DNA of 64,000 bases, taken from contig NW_015172560.1 in the NCBI RefSeq assembly GCF_001447785.1, positions 371,240-435,239 on the forward strand, given 5' to 3'. This DNA comes from Gekko japonicus (Eukaryota). Below are positions 12,250 through 24,758 of this stretch, piece after piece. Each line of letters opens with the position of its first letter. The first letter of the stretch is position 1. Position numbers and translations under genes: made by a program. A model generated the notes under the pieces. It searched no databases. It was not told where the DNA came from and saw nothing but the letters and a program-made list of their open reading frames with translations.

Positions 12250-13767
12250 AGACTTTTGTTATTAGGCTGTAATAATCACTTACGAAGAACAGCCTGCAAA
12301 ACTTAGCTCAACCTCAAATTTAAATTATTGTTTGCTGTGAGATCAGATTTGCATTGTGCACCAGTTACTGCAGTGGTTGATAAAAAGTTGCCCCTTTCTG
12401 TAAAATTGAGATGTCTCTGCATATGATTTGAAATAGCTGAAACTGCTTTCAGAAACAACTGCCATTCAAAATATGTGCTCAACTTTACAACAGGGCATTG
12501 CTCCTCTTTTCCACTCAGTTGCACAATTTCTGTAGCATTCAGTGTCCAATGGGCATCTTATTATATATATTTAACTCTCTATTTTTATTTTTATACTGAC
12601 ATAAAAAGGATTTAAGACCAAAAACATCAAGAGTATTGCATTTTGTATTGTTTTTACATGAATGCCTTATTGCACACTTTTAAAGAATACCCCCAACTTG
12701 TTATATAATCTGGCTGTGGGGAGTGTATACTGTGTGTCTTAATTTAGAACAAAATATGCATAGATGTTTAATATATGTGAAAGCTGGATTACCAAGAAAA
12801 AAATCTATACCATTTAGATTCCTTTTTTTGGGGTGTGTGTGTGTAAGGTGATGTAGGTAATGGAAAGGATTTTCTTAAAAAGCACTACAAGAATATTCAG
12901 TAAAATGTGAGATGTGTTTCCTAACCTCTTACTGCAAAATACAGTCTAGATCGCAGTCTGTAAAAGAACACCAGATTTATTCCTTCTAAATACAAAGATC
13001 AGAAGGATAGTCTATTGAAAACAATTTTCCATTGAAGAACTTTGGATTTAAAAGATATAAGGGGAATTAATGTCTTTAACCTATAAACAACATTATGATA
13101 TCAGTTAAAGTGAGGTTCAGAAATCCTGATACCATTGATGCTATATAGTTTATGAACTTAGATGCTGGAGTGTATGAACTGGAAAAAAGTCAGTCTCTGG
13201 CTGGGAGTGGGTGGAAGAGAGAGGTAAACAGCAGATAAGGAGGATTGAGGCAGTTTTATTTATTATCATTTTTTTATCTTGCCCACCAGCCAGAAATGTA
13301 AAAAATTCTGCGGTTAACTTGGGCACAACAGTAGAGTTTTCTTATACAAGGCCTGGAATTAAATGGGAACTATGAAGGAGCATGGTATAGCTCATTCTCA
13401 GTTCTTGTTTGTCCCCGTGGAACTTGGAGAGTGTCTTCGTAGATTGTTCTCATTTTGATGGCATGAGAGGTGATGGAATGTTATAGACCAGAAGGAGAAG
13501 GAGCAAATGTGGAAAGTGTGTATTAATAAATAAATGGAACAAATTGTCTCCAAAATGATAGGATCTGAAATACTTGTGTTTGATTAACTGAAGAAAATTA
13601 TTTAGAACGACCACTTCCAGATTTCACGCTTGGCAGTATGTCTGGACAAATCCATCTGCCTAATTAATAATGTTAAGATATAGTGGTGTTATATGTCCAG
13701 CAATGTCTACATACACTACAGCTTGTTAAGATATAGTGGTGTTATATGTCCAGCCAAGTTGCAAGGA

Positions 13768-14110
13768 AGCACGCTGCTGAGGACGGCTCCCCCCCTTCTC
13801 CAACTCACCCTGCCGGCTCAGAGACAACACAGAGTCACTTTGCAAAGCAGCAGAAGCCACCCAATCGTCTCCAGCACGCTGCTGAGAATGGCTTCCCCCT
13901 CCACCTTCTCCAACCCACCCTGCTGGCTCAGAGACAAAAGAGTCACTTTACAAAGCAGCAGAAGCCACCCAATTGTCTCCAGCACGCTGCTGAGGACAGC
14001 TCCCCCCCCAACTTCTCCCAACGCCAACTAACCTTGCTAGCTCACAGGGACACACAGCCACTTTGTAAAGTAGCAGAAGCCACCTTCTAGGCCAGGGTAT
14101 CTCCAGCAGC
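13768..14110. repeat. Minisatellite, ~105-108-bp unit x3
   Basis: agcacgctgctgag...aaagcagcagaagccacc units start at 13768, 13873 and 13981. Confidence 0.9.
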
Positions 14111-14651
14111 ACAAGGCAGAGGACTGCCGGGCAGGGCAACAGCGCCTCCTTTCATAGGGGAAGCAAACTCCTGCTGAGGGGAGGCAGGGCCAGGCCAGAT
14201 TAGGAAACACAAATCATACTGCCGTGTTTCTTTGCTGCCTGACCAAACGGATCCGTGCATACTATTGGAAAGGGAACCTCCCGTGCCTGCGCTCCGGTAA
14301 AAATTGCTGCGCTGGGCGAGGTAAATCGGTGCACCAGCGCAGCCTGGTGCAGCTTAAAGGGAACCTAGGTCCTAATATAGCCATCTTCAGCTGCCTCCTA
14401 GGGACTGGAAGTGAGGGAGCTAGACGCACCTCCCTGTGGAGGTTGTTCAATAACTGCAGGGCTGTCAATGAAAAGGCTATCTCTCATGTACCCACCAAAT
14501 GGGCTTCTTTGATTGATGGGACAGTCAGGACGGCCTCTCCCTGTGATCTTAATTCTTGGGCAATATCATTAGAAAATCAGAACTGAGTCTTAACATTCAT
14601 CTTCAACCAGCTCCTGTATTTCAACGCTGTATCTCCTACCCCAGAATACCT

Positions 14652-14994
14652 TTGCCATGATTCCCAGCTGGCCTCAAGAATCAAAGTGAAATCTGATTTC
14701 TAACGTACTGTACCCAAACACATTAGAGAATTAAGTTTTGGTGCAGATTCCACTTTTATTATATAGGTATCTGTGGAATAAAGATTGATTCATTTTACAT
14801 AAGTCCTTAATATGGTATCCTTACTTAAGCAGACCAACAAAGACCCTCCACAGGGTGCCGGTAGGGCAGTCCCCATCCCCAGTATATGTGGCCATAGGTA
14901 GGGATAATGATTAACTGTAAGCCGCTCAGAGACCCCCTGGGGGGGTTCGAGCGGGGTAGAAAGTTGAAAGGTAAATAAATAAATAAATAAATAA
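14652..14994 (+). mobile_element. L2-family 3' fragment
   Basis: tgtaagccgctcagag...gagcggggtagaaa plus (TAAA)n tail; possible TSD aatacct. Confidence 0.6.
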
Positions 14995-16016
14995 AATACC
15001 TGAACCTTGTTTTTATAGAGTAACAACAGCAAACACACTCAGTGGAACTTACTATTGACATTTCAGCACTGAGGAAGACAACAGAGGAAAAGGAGAGAAC
15101 AAGAGATTACTTTGAGCAAACGGAGTTACACAAAACCTATTTATTTAACACCCCTTCCACACTTAGCATTCCTCCTGAGATAGCTTCCAAAAAATCAGTA
15201 TAAAAAAGGATAAAAAATACATCCCTCCAAAATATGAGAGAAATATCAAGAATACAAACCATCAACCAGATTTTAAAAAAAAAATGTTGAAAGAACTTTG
15301 AACAATTTAGGACAAGAATTCAAGTACACACTTATAAAGAACACAGGACGTGCCCTGCTGGATCAGACCAGGGGTTCATCTAGCCTAGCAGAAGGAACTC
15401 CGGGGGAAGGGGAAAGCAGCAAAAATCCACTTCCTCTACCATCTTCCTCTGACAGGTTACTGGATCTGATCCATCTTTAGCAACGTATCTCCTTTCTCCC
15501 CTGCAAGTTTTGCTTAGCTTCAGACCTTGTCATCTGTCAGCATTTAGGCCATTCTTTGTTTTCTGATTATATACAAATTCCCTGTAAGTAATCACGATCT
15601 CTTAAACTTTCAAAACAAAATGCTACAGATGTCCAGAGTTGCATGGTATGCACAGATGAATTTTAAGGAATACATCATGTTTAAAATATTTATGTAAAAG
15701 CTCATGGTTGCGTGATAGAATGGCATAGCTGTGAAAACATGGCCATATAATCTAGTGAAATTTCATTTTTTGTCTTATTGGAACGGTGTCAGATAAAAAC
15801 TGATATATGTCATCTGAGGTTTTCCTTCATACTAATGGCATATAATTTCAAACCTAAAAGAGAGAGAGAGAACGCACGCTAGGGTCTGATATATGACATG
15901 TATAGATATTAGCAATGGAATTCTTTCAATATCTATTGCTAAATCTTTTGCAATATAATTTGCTATACAATAAATTCTGTGTGTTCAAAATGTATAGAAT
16001 AGGCTCAGGTTGTGGC

Positions 16017-16417
16017 CAGTGTTTCCTCTGAGTTGAGTTAGTGTGAGTTAGCTCACAGTTTTTTAGCCTCCGGCTCACACATTTTTGACTTAGCTCAGGA
16101 AGCATGGCTCCAGAGCAAACTAATTTATACAGTAGCCAAATCACTTGCTCACAGCTTTAATCAGGCCTATAGCCAGGATTTTTTAAAGTCAGGGGGCATT
16201 TAAATTTCTTAGGGGGCACTGGCTAATCAAATTAATCCAGGGGAGAAGGCTGTGAAGCCCTGGGCTGGATGGGAAGCCAGGGGGCCTTGCTAGCAAGTCA
16301 GGGGGGGGAGGGCTAGCCCCAAGATGCCCCACTGTAGCTACGGGCCTGACTTTAATGCCAGGTGCTCACAAAGTAGAATTTTTGCTCATAAGACTCCACA
16401 GTTTAGAGGCAGCATTG
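16017..16417. mobile_element. hAT MITE, same family as 6414-6619 in opposite orientation, hosting a nested MITE
   Basis: Reverse-complement homology to 6414-6619. Confidence 0.8.
16162..16348. mobile_element. Nested hAT MITE
   Basis: TIRs caggcctatagc / gctacgggcctg; TSD gctttaat / actttaat. Confidence 0.8.
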
Positions 16418-16621
16418 TGTGGCCTGGTTCTGTCCTAAGTAAACTTGTTTATTTGCTTCTAACAGTGCATTCATATGATAAACATAACTTTGATTAAACT
16501 AAAGCTGGGAACCCACAAGGACTTGTGGGGGGCATCTCCCTTTCCTCTATATCCCCCTCAACACAGTATTTTCTTTCTCCCTCCTCCTGGCAACCCCTAT
16601 ATCCTTACCTTTCCCTGATTC

Positions 16622-17280
16622 CAGGACTGTAGCCCAAGAGGGCCCTTGGGGGCAATGCTTCCTCCTGAATTTGCCCTGCCTCCTCATCTCCCATTCCCCC
16701 CTCCCCAGGAGGTGGAGGGAGCCTGGGGCTGCTGGTCAGGAGGGAAGTGGTGAGAGCGGCTAGCTTGCTGGCTGATGCCCACCCAGTGGAGTGAATGAAT
16801 GAGAGCAGGTGGGGAAGGAGTGTGCGCTTGGCGCTGGCACAGTTGGTTCCGGCCCAGCCTAAATTGCCGAGTGAGCAAGAGCCATGAGCCAGATTGGAGG
16901 GCAGAGGGGAAAGCAGATGTGGTGCTTACCTGCCTGTGGTGTGGCTGGCTTGCTTTCCTCCCTTGCTTGCTGGCTGCCCTGTCGTCAGCTCCCTGCTGCT
17001 GCCCCAACTCCTCCGGAGCAAGCTGCTCACTCAGGGTTTGTTTGGTGTGGCAAGCCCAAGAGCAGCCCCAGCCGGCCTACTGGCTGGGAGGCAGCCTTAC
17101 CTGGTAGCGTGTTCCAGCCCCCCTGCCAGACAGGCCGAGGCAGTGAGAGAGGCAGGGGCCCTGCTTGCTTGACCTTAGGGTGCTGCTTGACCCTCCTTGC
17201 TTGACCCAAGGGTGTGTGGCTGCTGTTTGACCCCACCCAAAACGTGCTCCCCCACCAAAAAGTTTCTGGCTGCAGGGCTG
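16622..17280. mobile_element. hAT non-autonomous element
   Basis: Termini caggactgtagcc / ggctgcagggctg; TSD cctgattc / cctgcttc. Confidence 0.65.
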
Positions 17281-17334
17281 CCTGCTTCCTTCCCACCCAC
17301 CCACTGTTTAACTGTCACAAAACATCTTTAGCTA

Positions 17335-17563
17335 TATTATTTATTTATTTCTCTTATAACCCCCTTTATCCACAAGGGGGACCAAAAATCACCTTACAAC
17401 ACTTTCCCCTGCTCCATTTTATCCTCCCAACAACCCTGTGAGGTAGGTTAGCCTGACAATGTGTGACAATCCCAGGGCCTCTCAGTGAGCTTCCACAGCA
17501 GAGTGAGGATTCAGACCTGTATATCTGATATCCTAATTTGAAACTAACAACTATACCACACTG
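17335..17563 (-). mobile_element. MIR/Squam3-like SINE
   Basis: ccattttatcctcccaacaaccctgtgaggtaggttag...aactataccacactg. Confidence 0.7.
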
Positions 17564-19032
17564 TCGTGGTATAGTTGTATAGTTGTTAGTTTCAAATTAG
17601 TCGAACAGTAGTAAGCAGCCAGTCCTGGGTGAGTCATGCAAGTTACATAGTATCAAGTTGCTCAGTGGTCACTGCCAGATCTGGAACTGATGAGTTGACT
17701 CCTCCCTCAGAGGCCAAAACAGCCCTAGAAAGGGCCTTCTCCCCTCCACTTCCCTTTTACTGACAGAAACCAAGGCTTGAAGGTTGGCAATAATGTTGTG
17801 GTTTCCTAGCATCCCCCACAGCAGCAACAGAGAGTGCATTAATTCCTACAGTTGTTGCTTCTATTATTTTGGGGTGTTTTAATACCCTGATGCTTGTTAG
17901 TTTGTTTGTTTAGATTTCAGAAGGGTTTCCCCCCCCAGCTTTGTAGAAAGATCTGTCTTCTCTGTTCATGGCTACAGTCTCTGAATTTAATTATTCACAT
18001 ATGGGGCAAGTTGAAAATTAAATATATTGATGTGCATGGACAGAGCTGGTTGCCAAGCTTGCACATGGATCTCACTCTGCCATCAATCCTTTCTTTCTCG
18101 TGCAGAGCATGATGAAGGATATTGCAGTTAAAAGGTAGCTCTGGCTATCCATGACGTATGAATGCAGGCTGTGGTTTAACTGGAGTTAGTTTTCCTTTCA
18201 CTGACCAAATTTTAAACCTGGATATAACTGTAGTTTAAAAACCCAGTTAGTGAGAGGAAGACTAATCTTGGTTAATCTGCGTGGCTGCATTTGTACAACA
18301 TGGTTTGCTGGAGTTTGAAAACTAACCATGGCCCATTATGCATGCATATCTTACTGCAGGTTTTCAGAGCAGTAAGCCTTTAATCTTGACTTTGGATTCT
18401 GTGCCCACTTTATGCACCATTCTTTTTACTCTGGTGTGTTTATTCTACAGCTACAATTTAGAAAACACACACTTTTCTAAATAGGGGTGGAGTGTCACTT
18501 GTGATGTGTGGGGGGTGGCATGCAAAGGTGTTTTTTTAAATTACACAGTTGCCCTAACACAGTTGTGTAGTAGCATTCAGCAAGCGCCTTCCATTTAAAT
18601 CCTCGTGGTTCAAGCTTTGCACAGGCATTTTTGTGTTAGTTTGTTGAATGAAAATGAACAGAAGAGAATACAGGCAAAGGGGAAAACCCAATGTTGAAAT
18701 TGACCAGACTTTTTTTTGAAACTGAGAAGCAGCAGCAAAGCCCCGTTTTTCATATTGCCAAGGACTAGGGGATTCTCTGCTGTATTATTGGCCACTGTGA
18801 AAAATGGGAAAGAATCACATGATCTCATAATATGGGGAAACATGTTGAGTGTACAGAATGTGTGGTAGAACCCACTGACACTGGCATTGCAAACTGTGAT
18901 AGTTGGCAACGTTTATGTGTGTACATGTACCTGTGCAGAGCTGGCTGCAATTCTATCACACTTTGCACAGGGCTGCAATTTGTATGGGGGAGGAGTCCTC
19001 TCACAGAAGCCCGGGAGAGCTTTTAAAGTCTT

Positions 19033-19292
19033 TTTTTGTTTGTTTTTGGTATTTTTGAATTTTGTGTATGTGTGCATGCGTGTGTGTGCTCGTGCCTGGA
19101 AGTCATGGAGACATCTGTCGACTCATACTGGGGCATGGGGGATGTTCAGAGAAGTGGCTTGATAGCCTGTGTCTAGCCTCCCGGCCCTGATATTCTCTGG
19201 AGGTCTCCCATCCAAATACTTGCCAGGGTCAGCCCTGCTTAGCTTCCAAGAGCTGATAATATCGGGCTTGCCTGGGCTATCCATGCCAGGGT
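19033..19292 (-). mobile_element. 5S rRNA-derived SINE
   Basis: ggtctcccatccaaatact...ccctgcttagcttcc is the reverse complement of 5S rRNA; imperfect TSD gagagctttt..agtctt. Confidence 0.85.
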
Positions 19293-19440
19293 GAGAGCTT
19301 TTTTAGTCTTGTGCCACTAAACTTAAAAAAATTGGGATATTTTTGCCGATGCCCTAGCACAGCTGCATAGTAACAATAATTTCCTGCCCTTTCTTGCAAA
19401 TTTGCATGGTTTTCTCTTTGTAATTCTCTAATTTGATTCT

Positions 19441-19629
19441 AAGGTGCTGCAGTGGCTCAAGTGGTTAAGACGCTGAACTGCAGACCGGAAGGCGTCTAGT
19501 CATGCCGGCCACATAATCATGGAAATGTCTTTGAACAGCGCTGGCTCTTCGGCTTGGAAACGGAGATGAGCATCACATCCCTAGAGTTGGATTCGACTGG
19601 CTTTTGAGCAAGGGAAACCCTTACCTTTA
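19441..19629 (+). mobile_element. Sauria SINE (Squam1), internally deleted
   Basis: tRNA head gtggctcaagtggttaag; body gctggctcttcggcttggaaacggagatgagc; (ACCTTT) tail; 13-bp TSD ctaatttgattct. Confidence 0.8.
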
Positions 19630-20677
19630 CTAATTTGATTCTGCACACTGGATGGATCTTGGTAGTTTTGAGAGCCTGTCCTGTGTGGATTGTACTCTGT
19701 CCTCCAAATAGATCGATCCCAAGTGATTCTTAAGGTTGGCAGTGTGCAGAAGGTCCATGTGGTCCAGCCACCATTTTAATGTTAGGCTTCCAGAGCCTGC
19801 CTGCCAAAATGCTCCCCCCCAACTTTGTTCACTAAAGTATTGAAGGGAAAAATATTTTCAAAGCTTTAGGCTTCCCATCCCAGTGCCTCTCTCGCTTTAC
19901 ATCTCATATCAGTTTCATTCTGTGCTGATGATTCCCCCCTTTATTTTGTTTGCATGAAGCTCCTTTTAAACTTTCCCTGTTGTTTTATTTTTTTTATTCT
20001 GTGATCTGAGACTAGCGATAGTCTCATATTGCTAGACTCATGACGCTTGTAAAAAAAATTAAATTTAAAATTGAGGGGGAAATGGAGCTTGTACAACAAT
20101 CAATGGGGGGGATGCAGAGTGGGTGCAGAGTGGGGGGGTGCAGAGTGGGCGGAACAACCTTGATGTGGGCGGGGAGTTCCTTTGAGTGGCGGCAGAAGGG
20201 CATGGAGAAATCTGAGGGAATCTGTATGCTTTTGAATTACCTTCGGTTTGGAAGTGAAACAAGGGATAAATGGGCACAAAAGCACTCATAGAAAACTTGG
20301 GGAAACAGTATCCAGAAAGCAAAGTGAGCACTGAAGGGGAAAAAATCAGTCAAGAATGGCAAGATCTGACAGACATCCATGGTGAAAGCAAGGGAAAACA
20401 CCCACGCAGTAATAGGCCCCTGATTCCTTCATCTTGCTCCATCTATAGGGGAGGGAAGGGAGGAGTCTGCAACATCCTGACAAGCCAAGTTCATAATGGT
20501 TATGATTGCCATCTGAATGCAGCCTAAGCATGTATCATGTTTAAATCTTAAACTTTAAATTTGAGTGTGGCTCTAATTAATGAAAATTAGAGTGTGTAGC
20601 ATGTATGTTGTGCATGCAGAACATCCCAAGGTCAGTCACTAGCATCTCCCGATGAAGGGTCTCAGAATCTCCTAAAA

Positions 20678-20757
20678 TAAGAACATAAGAGAAGCCAATG
20701 ATGGATCAGGCCAGTGGCCCATCCAGTCCAACACTCTGTCCACACAGTGGCCAAAAA
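20678..20757 (-). mobile_element. CR1 extreme 3' end
   Basis: taagaacataaga...ggatcaggccagtggcccatccagtcca terminal motif. Confidence 0.65.
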
Positions 20758-21715
20758 TATTTAAGGAATTGAGGAAGAATATTTAAGGAAAAGTAGAATG
20801 TTTTAAATAAACAAAATCTGGTATAGCACATATTGGGGAAGAACTTATTCTGCTTGGGATCCTGGAGAATATCTTGTCAGCTTGAGTATATAATATTGTT
20901 AGATCGACCAATGATACGAGATAGCTTTACAAGTTCATAATCATGCTGGTCTTTATAATTAAAAAAAAGCTTACTGCATAGTGATGCAGTCTTCACCCTG
21001 ATTTGTTCTACTGCATGTTATCATCTCTTTATTTTGGGGCCAGTTATTTTTCAGTAGCTGTGCTTATTCATTGTTTCACAATTTGAGTAGTTTGAACATA
21101 TTTCCAAGTAAGAGTACTTTATCTCTGATTCCTTTATACTAGAAAGCCCTCTAGAATTGGTTTGGCTCTTGCCAATTTTTTGCACTCAAGGTCAGCCAAT
21201 TCACCTCCTTGTTACAGCCTCCATACCTCATGGCTTTATGTCAATGCAGGTCCCATGATTTCTAGCCTTTTTAGTTGTCAAAGGAAACTCCTTCCTCCCT
21301 TTTTTACAAGTAGAAAAGCTGGCTGGATCAAACCCATGGAGAGGAACCATATTTATGTGTAATTTTGGTTCTAAGGTGACTAAATGACAAGAATTTTAAA
21401 TATTGGCTTGTATCCAGCTACTCTGCACAGCAAAGTTTGAAATCTTCCTTGAGCCTAGCAAACAGAAGTGGTTTTTCCTCTGGCGGAGGAGGTATGGTCA
21501 TTGGAGCAAATTTTCTTATGCTGAAGGAAGTCTTCAAACTTTGTTGAAGGACGCGGTAAGCCATTCTGTCATATGTCTATCGTAGACTATCAATTATTAT
21601 TTATTTATCATTTATTAAGCACCTTTAAATAGCTAGACACTGCACACAAAAACAGATTCTGGCAGTGAAATTTTTCCCCCATCTATGTACTAGTTCAACC
21701 ATAGAAGGTCTGGAT

Positions 21716-22365
21716 TAGGGATGGCCATGGTCCAGAAAAAAACAACAACGACGGACCACAGAGGTCCAAGGTTTGTGGGATTACAGACCTTTGGACCATG
21801 AACCTCCATGTTTAACAGACCAGGTCATGGCCTGTTTGGTCTGTGAATTTGCATGGCTTACAAAGCTACTTAAAGGAAATGAGTTCCTTTTAAATGTCTT
21901 TTGCAAAACCACACAGTGCGTGAGTGAAGGCCAAGCGGTGACTTCCCCCACTTCCAGTTCCCTTCTGGGTGAACATTTAAATGGCTTTGGCAAAGCTGCA
22001 TGGTCCACGACTGAAGGCCGAGTGGCGAGTTCACCCATGCAGAAGTAGGTGACATCATCGCTCAGCTTTCCCTGATGCGCTGCATGGTTTTACAAAAGCC
22101 ATGGGTCAAAGCCATGGGGTATGTGAGTGAAGGTGAGCACCAACTTCACCCACCCAGAAGTGGGTAAAGTCACTGCTCGGCCTTCCCTCATGCATTCCTT
22201 TTAAATGGCTTTTGCAAACCCCACTGACATGGACCTTACAAATCTCCTGGGAGAGTTGTGAGAGGTCCATGTGATTGTGATGGCATGGACCGGGATCACA
22301 GACCATAAACTGGGCCATGGTCCTTGGAAAAATTAGTTCTGTGGTCCAGTCCATGCCCATCCCTA
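21716..22365. mobile_element. hAT non-autonomous element (650 bp)
   Basis: TIRs tagggatggccatgg / ccatgcccatcccta; perfect 8-bp TSD gtctggat. Confidence 0.9.
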
Positions 22366-23359
22366 GTCTGGATCCTTATAAACTAATCAAGGTGAAGGTG
22401 TTTGGGTGTATGCCACCATAGAAACAAATATTGGTATTTCTATATTGTTTTAGTTGTTAGTTGCCTTGAACACATTTATGGATATGTGGAATATAAATTT
22501 TCTGAATGCATGACTTAAGAATATGGTATTAGCCAGGCCTGTCTAATATAGGTAATGGCCAGAATTCAGAGAACTGCAGTTCAACACATGAAAGGGGCTT
22601 TCCTGGTTTTTTCTGTACTACCCTGTGCCCCTGGAAAGCTGTTCATGATGCCTCATCATGTGGGATGTATCATGGCAGGCTTCCTTCCACTCATTCTGTT
22701 AATGCAAGCAGAACCTCATCCACAATAGAGTTTAGACAAAGCAATTGAATTTAAGTTTCTAAAGTAAAATCAGTCACCTGGAGGCAGCTTACATTCAGCT
22801 ACCTGTGCTTAACCGTTGAGCAGATACTGCTTACAAAGAAGAGTCCTGAATGATTCATTGGCGCGCTGTCATGCCACACAATACTATGCTTGAATTACAG
22901 GATATTTCCTATGCATATAAACTGGTGCAAATGTTCAGGATTGTAACATACATTGATTCAAATTTAAAGTACTTTAAGATGGGTTAAGATGCATATAACC
23001 ATATTTAGTTTTAGCTGTTTCATGTGACTGCCAGCCATACCCTAGGAGCTAAGATATTGGGAGCCAAATATACAGGAGAGTGTCTGTGCCTATATATTTA
23101 GGAGAGCAACTGGGCTGTTGTAATGGGTCAGTGTATTCCATCGGTGTCATTGCCTTTTGGAAAACCAATCTGTAGATACCCAACTAAATTTTTAGTTGTT
23201 TGTATAGAGGAACACCCGTGTGGTTCAAACTTACAATAACATTACAGAGGAAACTCCCCAGTAATGCAAGTGTTAGACCATCCTGTAAAGCCGTATGAAT
23301 GGAATGCAGGAAGAATGGCAACAGGCAAGTTCTCTTCTCCGTCATTTTCCTTGCAGTAT

Positions 23360-24170
23360 AGGGAGAGGCTGTGGCTCAAGTGATAGATGCAGAAGATCCC
23401 AAGTTCAGTCTCCAGATATCCAGTTAAAAGGATTGAACAGGAGATGATGTGAAATAACTCTCCCTGAGTTCCTGAAGTGCTTTTGCTAGACAGAGTGGAA
23501 AGTACTGACCTTGATATGCCTATTGTCTGACTCTGTAGACCTGTATTCAGGGCTTTTTTTGTAGAAAAAGTCCAGCAGGAACTCATTAGCATAATAGGCC
23601 ACACCTAACAGCAGAAACGCATTAGCATATTGGGACACACCCCTGACAGCACCACACATTAGCATATTAAGCCACACCCACATGTTACCAGAAGTGTGGT
23701 CATCCAGCCACACCCACCTTTTGCTTCTTATTCTGTTTACCTTGTTTGTTGTCAAAACCCAGGTATTTTTTTGTAGCAGGAACTTATTTGCATGTTAGGC
23801 AACACACCCCTAATGTAGCCAATCCTAATGAGTTTCTGCTGTTGGGTGTGGCCTATTATGCTAATGAGTTCCTGCTGGGCGTGGCCAACTCAGGCGCCAG
23901 CCGGAACTCCGTTCCTGTGCGTTCCTGCCCAAAAATAGCCCTGCCTGTATTAATGTTACAATGAATGTACAAACAATCCATGTACGGTATTTTTATACAC
24001 ATGTCATTTTTACATGACATTCGACACATGTGCAGCTGAACCCCACATTTATTTCTAAAGTGAACATATGTTGGCCTGTTTCTTACACACAAGTTTACAT
24101 GTATACAGTAAAAATGTATGTGCATTCACTATAGTGTGTACAGGGTTAGCGTAAGGCAGCTTCATGTGTT
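23360..24170 (+). mobile_element. tRNA SINE with CR1-like tail, interrupted by nested MITEs
   Basis: Head ggggagaggctgtggctcaagtg; tail aggcagcttcatgtgtt at ~24153-24170; homologous to 31234-31445. Confidence 0.65.
23548..23943. mobile_element. hAT MITE with repeated octamer-like subterminal motifs
   Basis: TIRs cagggctttttt / aaaatagccctg; perfect TSD cctgtatt. Confidence 0.9.
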
Positions 24171-24541
24171 GATACCTTGGGTGCCCCTCCCTGCTGGCAG
24201 GATATAATTGGATGTACGCTGTCTCTGTCACTTGTTTTAGCAGCCACGTTTTCCTGCCAAGCAGTTTTTCATGTCTTATGAGCCAGCGAGCTTTAATTAT
24301 AGTAAGATGTATTTATAAATAATTCATGTATGTTCTGTAATGTTTGGCTTCTGCCCTCCCTTCCCTCCTTTATAACATAGCTGCATAATCATTTGTTTGG
24401 ATTTTCTCTCAGATGATTGATGGCGCAAAGTGTTGGCAAGGATGTGACTTGCTGTCACACTGACTTGAAAATCACTGAACTGGTTGCTGATTTTTTCCCT
24501 CCCCTTCTCTCTCTCTCTCTCTCTCTTCATGTTTTATGTAG

Positions 24542-24758
24542 TCTCGCCAAACACCTGAGGGTGAATTTCTTCCTCTCGATCAACTTGAACTGGATGTAGG
24601 CTTTAGTACAGGAGCAGACCAACTTTTCCTTGTTTCGCCACTTACAATTTGCCATGTGATCGATTCCAAAAGTCCCTTCTATGACCTTTCTCAGCGAAGC
24701 ATGCAGACTGAACAGTTTGAGATAGTTGTCATCCTAGAGGGCATCGTGGAAACAACTG
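24542..24758 (+). CDS. KCNJ3: KCNJ3 coding exon 2 (217 nt): [73 protein letters not shown]
   Basis: In frame with exon 1; (CT)n polypyrimidine tract and TAG acceptor ending at 24541; donor G/GTGAGT at 24759; translation matches the GIRK1 cytoplasmic domain. Confidence 0.97.

Noticed and set aside
13768-14110. CRISPR-like or coding repeat
   Set aside because: Whole units repeat with no unique spacers; eukaryotic minisatellite
15062-15080. REST/NRSE site (ttcagcac...)
   Set aside because: Only the left half-site matches partially; right half GGACAG absent
19033-19292. 5S rRNA gene (also 5147 and 53024)
   Set aside because: Diverged 5S-like head with an unrelated tail and TSDs, i.e. SINEs
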